From contig CAWHWQ010000002.1 in NCBI GenBank assembly GCA_963833095.1, positions 96,001 to 160,000 on the forward strand: a stretch of DNA of 64,000 bases, written 5' to 3'. A model generated the notes under the pieces. That model had not been told where the DNA came from, did no database searches, and saw only the letters and a list, made by a program, of their open reading frames with translations. Made by a program: the position numbers and the translations under genes. Below are positions 62,795-64,000 of the stretch, in pieces; within the stretch, counting starts at the first letter, position 1, and every line of letters starts with the position of its first letter. Origin of the DNA: Vulcanimicrobiota bacterium (lineage in GTDB: Bacteria; Vulcanimicrobiota; Vulcanimicrobiia; Vulcanimicrobiales; Vulcanimicrobiaceae).

Positions 62795-64000
62795 TTGGAG
62801 ACGTCGGAGCGCAAGGCCTATCAGGACTGGCTCCAAGAGGCCGGAGCAACGAGCATCTGGTTTTACGCCGGATTCATCGTCGTGCTCTTGCCCGCGTTTC
62901 ACTTTATCCTGAGTGCGGTTCCCAATCATCCTCCCGATTCGCTCTCGATCCGCATTGCTGCGGCAGCCGTATCCGCCGCCGTTGCGCTGACGGTCTGGCT
63001 CTATCGTCCCGCGCGCCGATTCGCCGCTGTGCTGCAGATAGTCAACGTGCTTCCGACGATGCTTGCGATCGATGTGCTCGTCGTCGATAGCGGCAACCAT
63101 TATCTCTATATCGCCTCAGCGTTGCTCATGATCGTGGGTGCGCAACAGGCCTTCTATCTCGAATGGCCGCTCGCCCTCGTGATGATCGTCGCCCTCGTGT
63201 TCCAAGCACTTTACTCTGCGCACGCCGGCATTTTTTACACGCCGGCAAACGTCGCCACACTCGCAATCTTTGCCGCCGGATACATCCTCGCGTTCATTCC
63301 GGCGGCGCTACGCATGCGGATCGAGCGGCGCGAGATTCTCGGTCGTTTGCAAGCGCGAAAACTCGCGCGAAGCGACGCGCTCACGGGACTACCCAATCGC
63401 ATATCGCTCGGCTTACATCTCGAAGAAACGCTGAACAGCCCATCGGGCGAGCCGGGTTGCGCCGTGCTTTTCCTCGACCTCGACGGGTTCAAAGACGTCA
63501 ACGACAGCCTCGGCCATAGTGTCGGTGACGTACTTTTACGCTCCGTGGCGGAACGTTTGGAATCCGCACTCGATGGCGGAACGATTCTTGCGCGCTGGGG
63601 CGGCGACGAATTCGTCATCGTGCTGCCGGCGGTGAGTGATCCCGGCGCAGTCTCGGCATTCGCCACCAAGATCTCGGGCCTTTTCACGCAACCGTTTTTC
63701 GTCGACGGCTACGAACTCACGATCGCGGCGAGCATTGGCATCTCGCTCTCGCCCGTCGACGGCACCGACGCAAACGTTCTCATTCGCAATGCCGATACCG
63801 CGATGTACCGCGCAAAGGAAGGTTACGCACCGCGCGTCGCCTTCTGGGCGCCCGAAATGCATGATGCGGCCGACCTGCGCTACAAAGCAGCGAGCGCGCT
63901 GCGCGAAGCGGTGCTGGCAGAACGCTTCATTCTCCACTATCAACCGATCGTCGACACGGTAAGTGCGCGACTAGTCGGCGCCGAAGCGCTGTTGCGCTGG
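62795..64000 (+). CDS. Membrane-anchored GGDEF-EAL protein (3' end beyond window)
   Basis: Open frame from TTG after GGAGGG; TM segments, DALTGLPNR, DLDGFK, GGDEF at 63599-63613, HYQP, EAL near 63983. Confidence 0.9.
   Translation, partial: METSERKAYQDWLQEAGATSIWFYAGFIVVLLPAFHFILSAVPNHPPDSLSIRIAAAAVSAAVALTVWLYRPARRFAAVLQIVNVLPTMLAIDVLVVDSGNHYLYIASALLMIVGAQQAFYLEWPLALVMIVALVFQALYSAHAGIFYTPANVATLAIFAAGYILAFIPAALRMRIERREILGRLQARKLARSDALTGLPNRISLGLHLEETLNSPSGEPGCAVLFLDLDGFKDVNDSLGHSVGDVLLRSVAERLESALDGGTILARWGGDEFVIVLPAVSDPGAVSAFATKISGLFTQPFFVDGYELTIAASIGISLSPVDGTDANVLIRNADTAMYRAKEGYAPRVAFWAPEMHDAADLRYKAASALREAVLAERFILHYQPIVDTVSARLVGAEALLRW

Overview
High-GC bacterial chromosomal window. The lineage is tentatively Terrabacteria, possibly Eremiobacterota/WPS-2-like; this is an inference from gene content (CIRCE/HrcA, GloVer-repeat lipoprotein, dcw layout), not a measurement. 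Core content: hsp20-lon, groES-groEL (CIRCE-controlled), 2-oxoacid:ferredoxin oxidoreductase, alr, hisA, citrate synthase, a dcw cluster (mraZ-rsmH-ftsL-ftsI-murE-murF-[CofE-like]-mraY-murD-ftsW-[DUF2332-like]-murG-murC-murB-ddl, with no ftsQAZ following), clpP and msrA, plus many accessory signalling, secreted and redox genes. Most notable: (1) two non-canonical enzymes overlapping their neighbours inside the dcw operon, a CofE-like amide ligase and a DUF2332-like SAM-fold protein, suggesting an undescribed peptidoglycan-precursor modification; (2) a ferritin-like di-iron domain fused to a CDGSH/Fer4_19/CDGSH Fe-S module, next to a multicopper oxidase; (3) two REC-HD-GYP proteins, both with HD changed to YD, flanking tandem APC permeases; (4) a DUF5985-like pair plus a small putative HTH gene divergent from a kinase-REC-PP2C-anti-sigma fusion; (5) widespread leaderless promoter architecture, a REP-like element with a degenerate in-frame copy in murG, and a 3x19-bp tandem repeat upstream of mraZ. 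Several genes (lon, ftsI, aldehyde dehydrogenase) carry +1 frameshifts that are most likely sequencing errors. No rRNA, tRNA, CRISPR array or intact mobile element was seen. Family names come from motif recognition by eye, not database searches.
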